DNA of 64,000 nucleotides from an uncultured Methanomassiliicoccales archaeon (GTDB lineage Archaea; Thermoplasmatota; Thermoplasmata; Methanomassiliicoccales; UBA472): NCBI GenBank assembly GCA_963800775.1, contig CAWDCQ010000019.1, positions 400 to 64,399 of the forward strand, read 5' to 3'. Shown piece by piece: positions 63,494 to 64,000 of this stretch (position 1 is its first letter; each line of letters starts with the position of its first letter). The notes under the pieces were generated by a model. It saw only the letters and a program-made list of their open reading frames with translations, ran no database searches and was not told where the DNA came from. The position numbers and the translations under genes were made by a program.

Positions 63494-64000
63494 ATGCAAG
63501 AAAAGCAGGATTATAGGGAACATAGTAGCATCAATGAATCCATCCCCATATTCGTCAAGGACTGGTGGCTCGATCAGGTCTGCGGAGAGAACAACTGGGA
63601 CGTGGCACTTGTCAAGAAGAACGACAAGATCGTGGCCAGCCTTCCCTATTACCTGAGGAAGAACATCCTGGGACAGAATTCCATATCCATGCCCGCACTG
63701 ACCCAATTCATGGGCCCTCACATCATGTATCCAGCAAAGCAAAAGTACACCACCCGTATAGCGTTCGAGAAGCACGCGATCCTCGATCTGATCAAGATGC
63801 TGCCTCGTTTTTCTTCCTATTACCAAAAGTTTCACTATTCTATCACCAACTGGACGCCGTTCTATTGGGAAGGCTTTCAACAGACGACCTATTACACCAC
63901 GGTCATCGAAGATCTAGCGGACCTTGACAAAATATATTCATCGTTCGAGCACGAAAAAAGGACCGATATACGATCCGGAGAGGGTGATCTGACCATAGAA
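63494..64000 (+). CDS. Partial CDS running off the window; FemAB/GNAT-like acyltransferase N-terminal region (weak family call)
   Basis: Hand translation from ATG 63494 is open to the window end: MQEKQDYREHSSINESIPIFVKDWWLDQVCGENNWDVALVKKNDKIVASLPYYLRKNILGQNSISMPALTQFMGPHI.. Not in the ORF track because there is no stop. Confidence 0.5.
   Translation, partial: MQEKQDYREHSSINESIPIFVKDWWLDQVCGENNWDVALVKKNDKIVASLPYYLRKNILGQNSISMPALTQFMGPHIMYPAKQKYTTRIAFEKHAILDLIKMLPRFSSYYQKFHYSITNWTPFYWEGFQQTTYYTTVIEDLADLDKIYSSFEHEKRTDIRSGEGDLTIE

Overview
Composite window in three parts. (1) nt 1 to ~8,820 is bacterial-type DNA. It carries a secreted Ig-like/DUF3494 protein, a CHASE3-3xPAS histidine kinase with its receiver, two divergent paralogous REC-domain regulators and a GT2-TPR glycosyltransferase. 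(2) At ~8,816-8,830 the sequence switches, in the middle of two truncated genes, to high-GC DNA of a methanogenic archaeon. Gene content fits a Methanomassiliicoccales-like, methyl-reducing lineage. This part holds a RamA-like corrinoid-activase fragment, a YcaO-TfuA gene directly upstream of mcrBDGA, then atwA-mcrC and the mmp3-6-5-15-17-7 marker block (MCR activation/assembly). It also holds a copper module (copA, YHS mini-protein, Lrp-TRASH regulator), a decapeptide-repeat protein, a wHTH-STAND-TPR NTPase with DUF835 genes, and housekeeping genes (asparaginase, trpB2, MacB-type ABC exporter, class II RNR, eIF2B-like). (3) From ~54.7 kb to the end the DNA is visibly more AT-rich. It carries a third DUF835 gene, degenerate ORFs, a multi-PAS kinase plus receiver, an IS1634-family element and tRNA-Leu. 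Throughout, many conserved genes (mcrB, mcrD, mcrG, atwA, mmp5, mmp15, copA, nrdJ and others) are interrupted by 1-nt frameshifts, often in homopolymers. Gene spans below are therefore reconstructed across frames by hand translation, and family names are from memory of motifs, not searches. The most notable non-routine signals are: the chimeric joint; the YcaO-TfuA/mcr/activation supercluster; an identical 9-bp-arm palindrome at two MCR-related loci; two tandem ~280-290-nt candidate structured RNAs with a covarying closing helix; and an (MPLPGVGPHS)n repeat protein.
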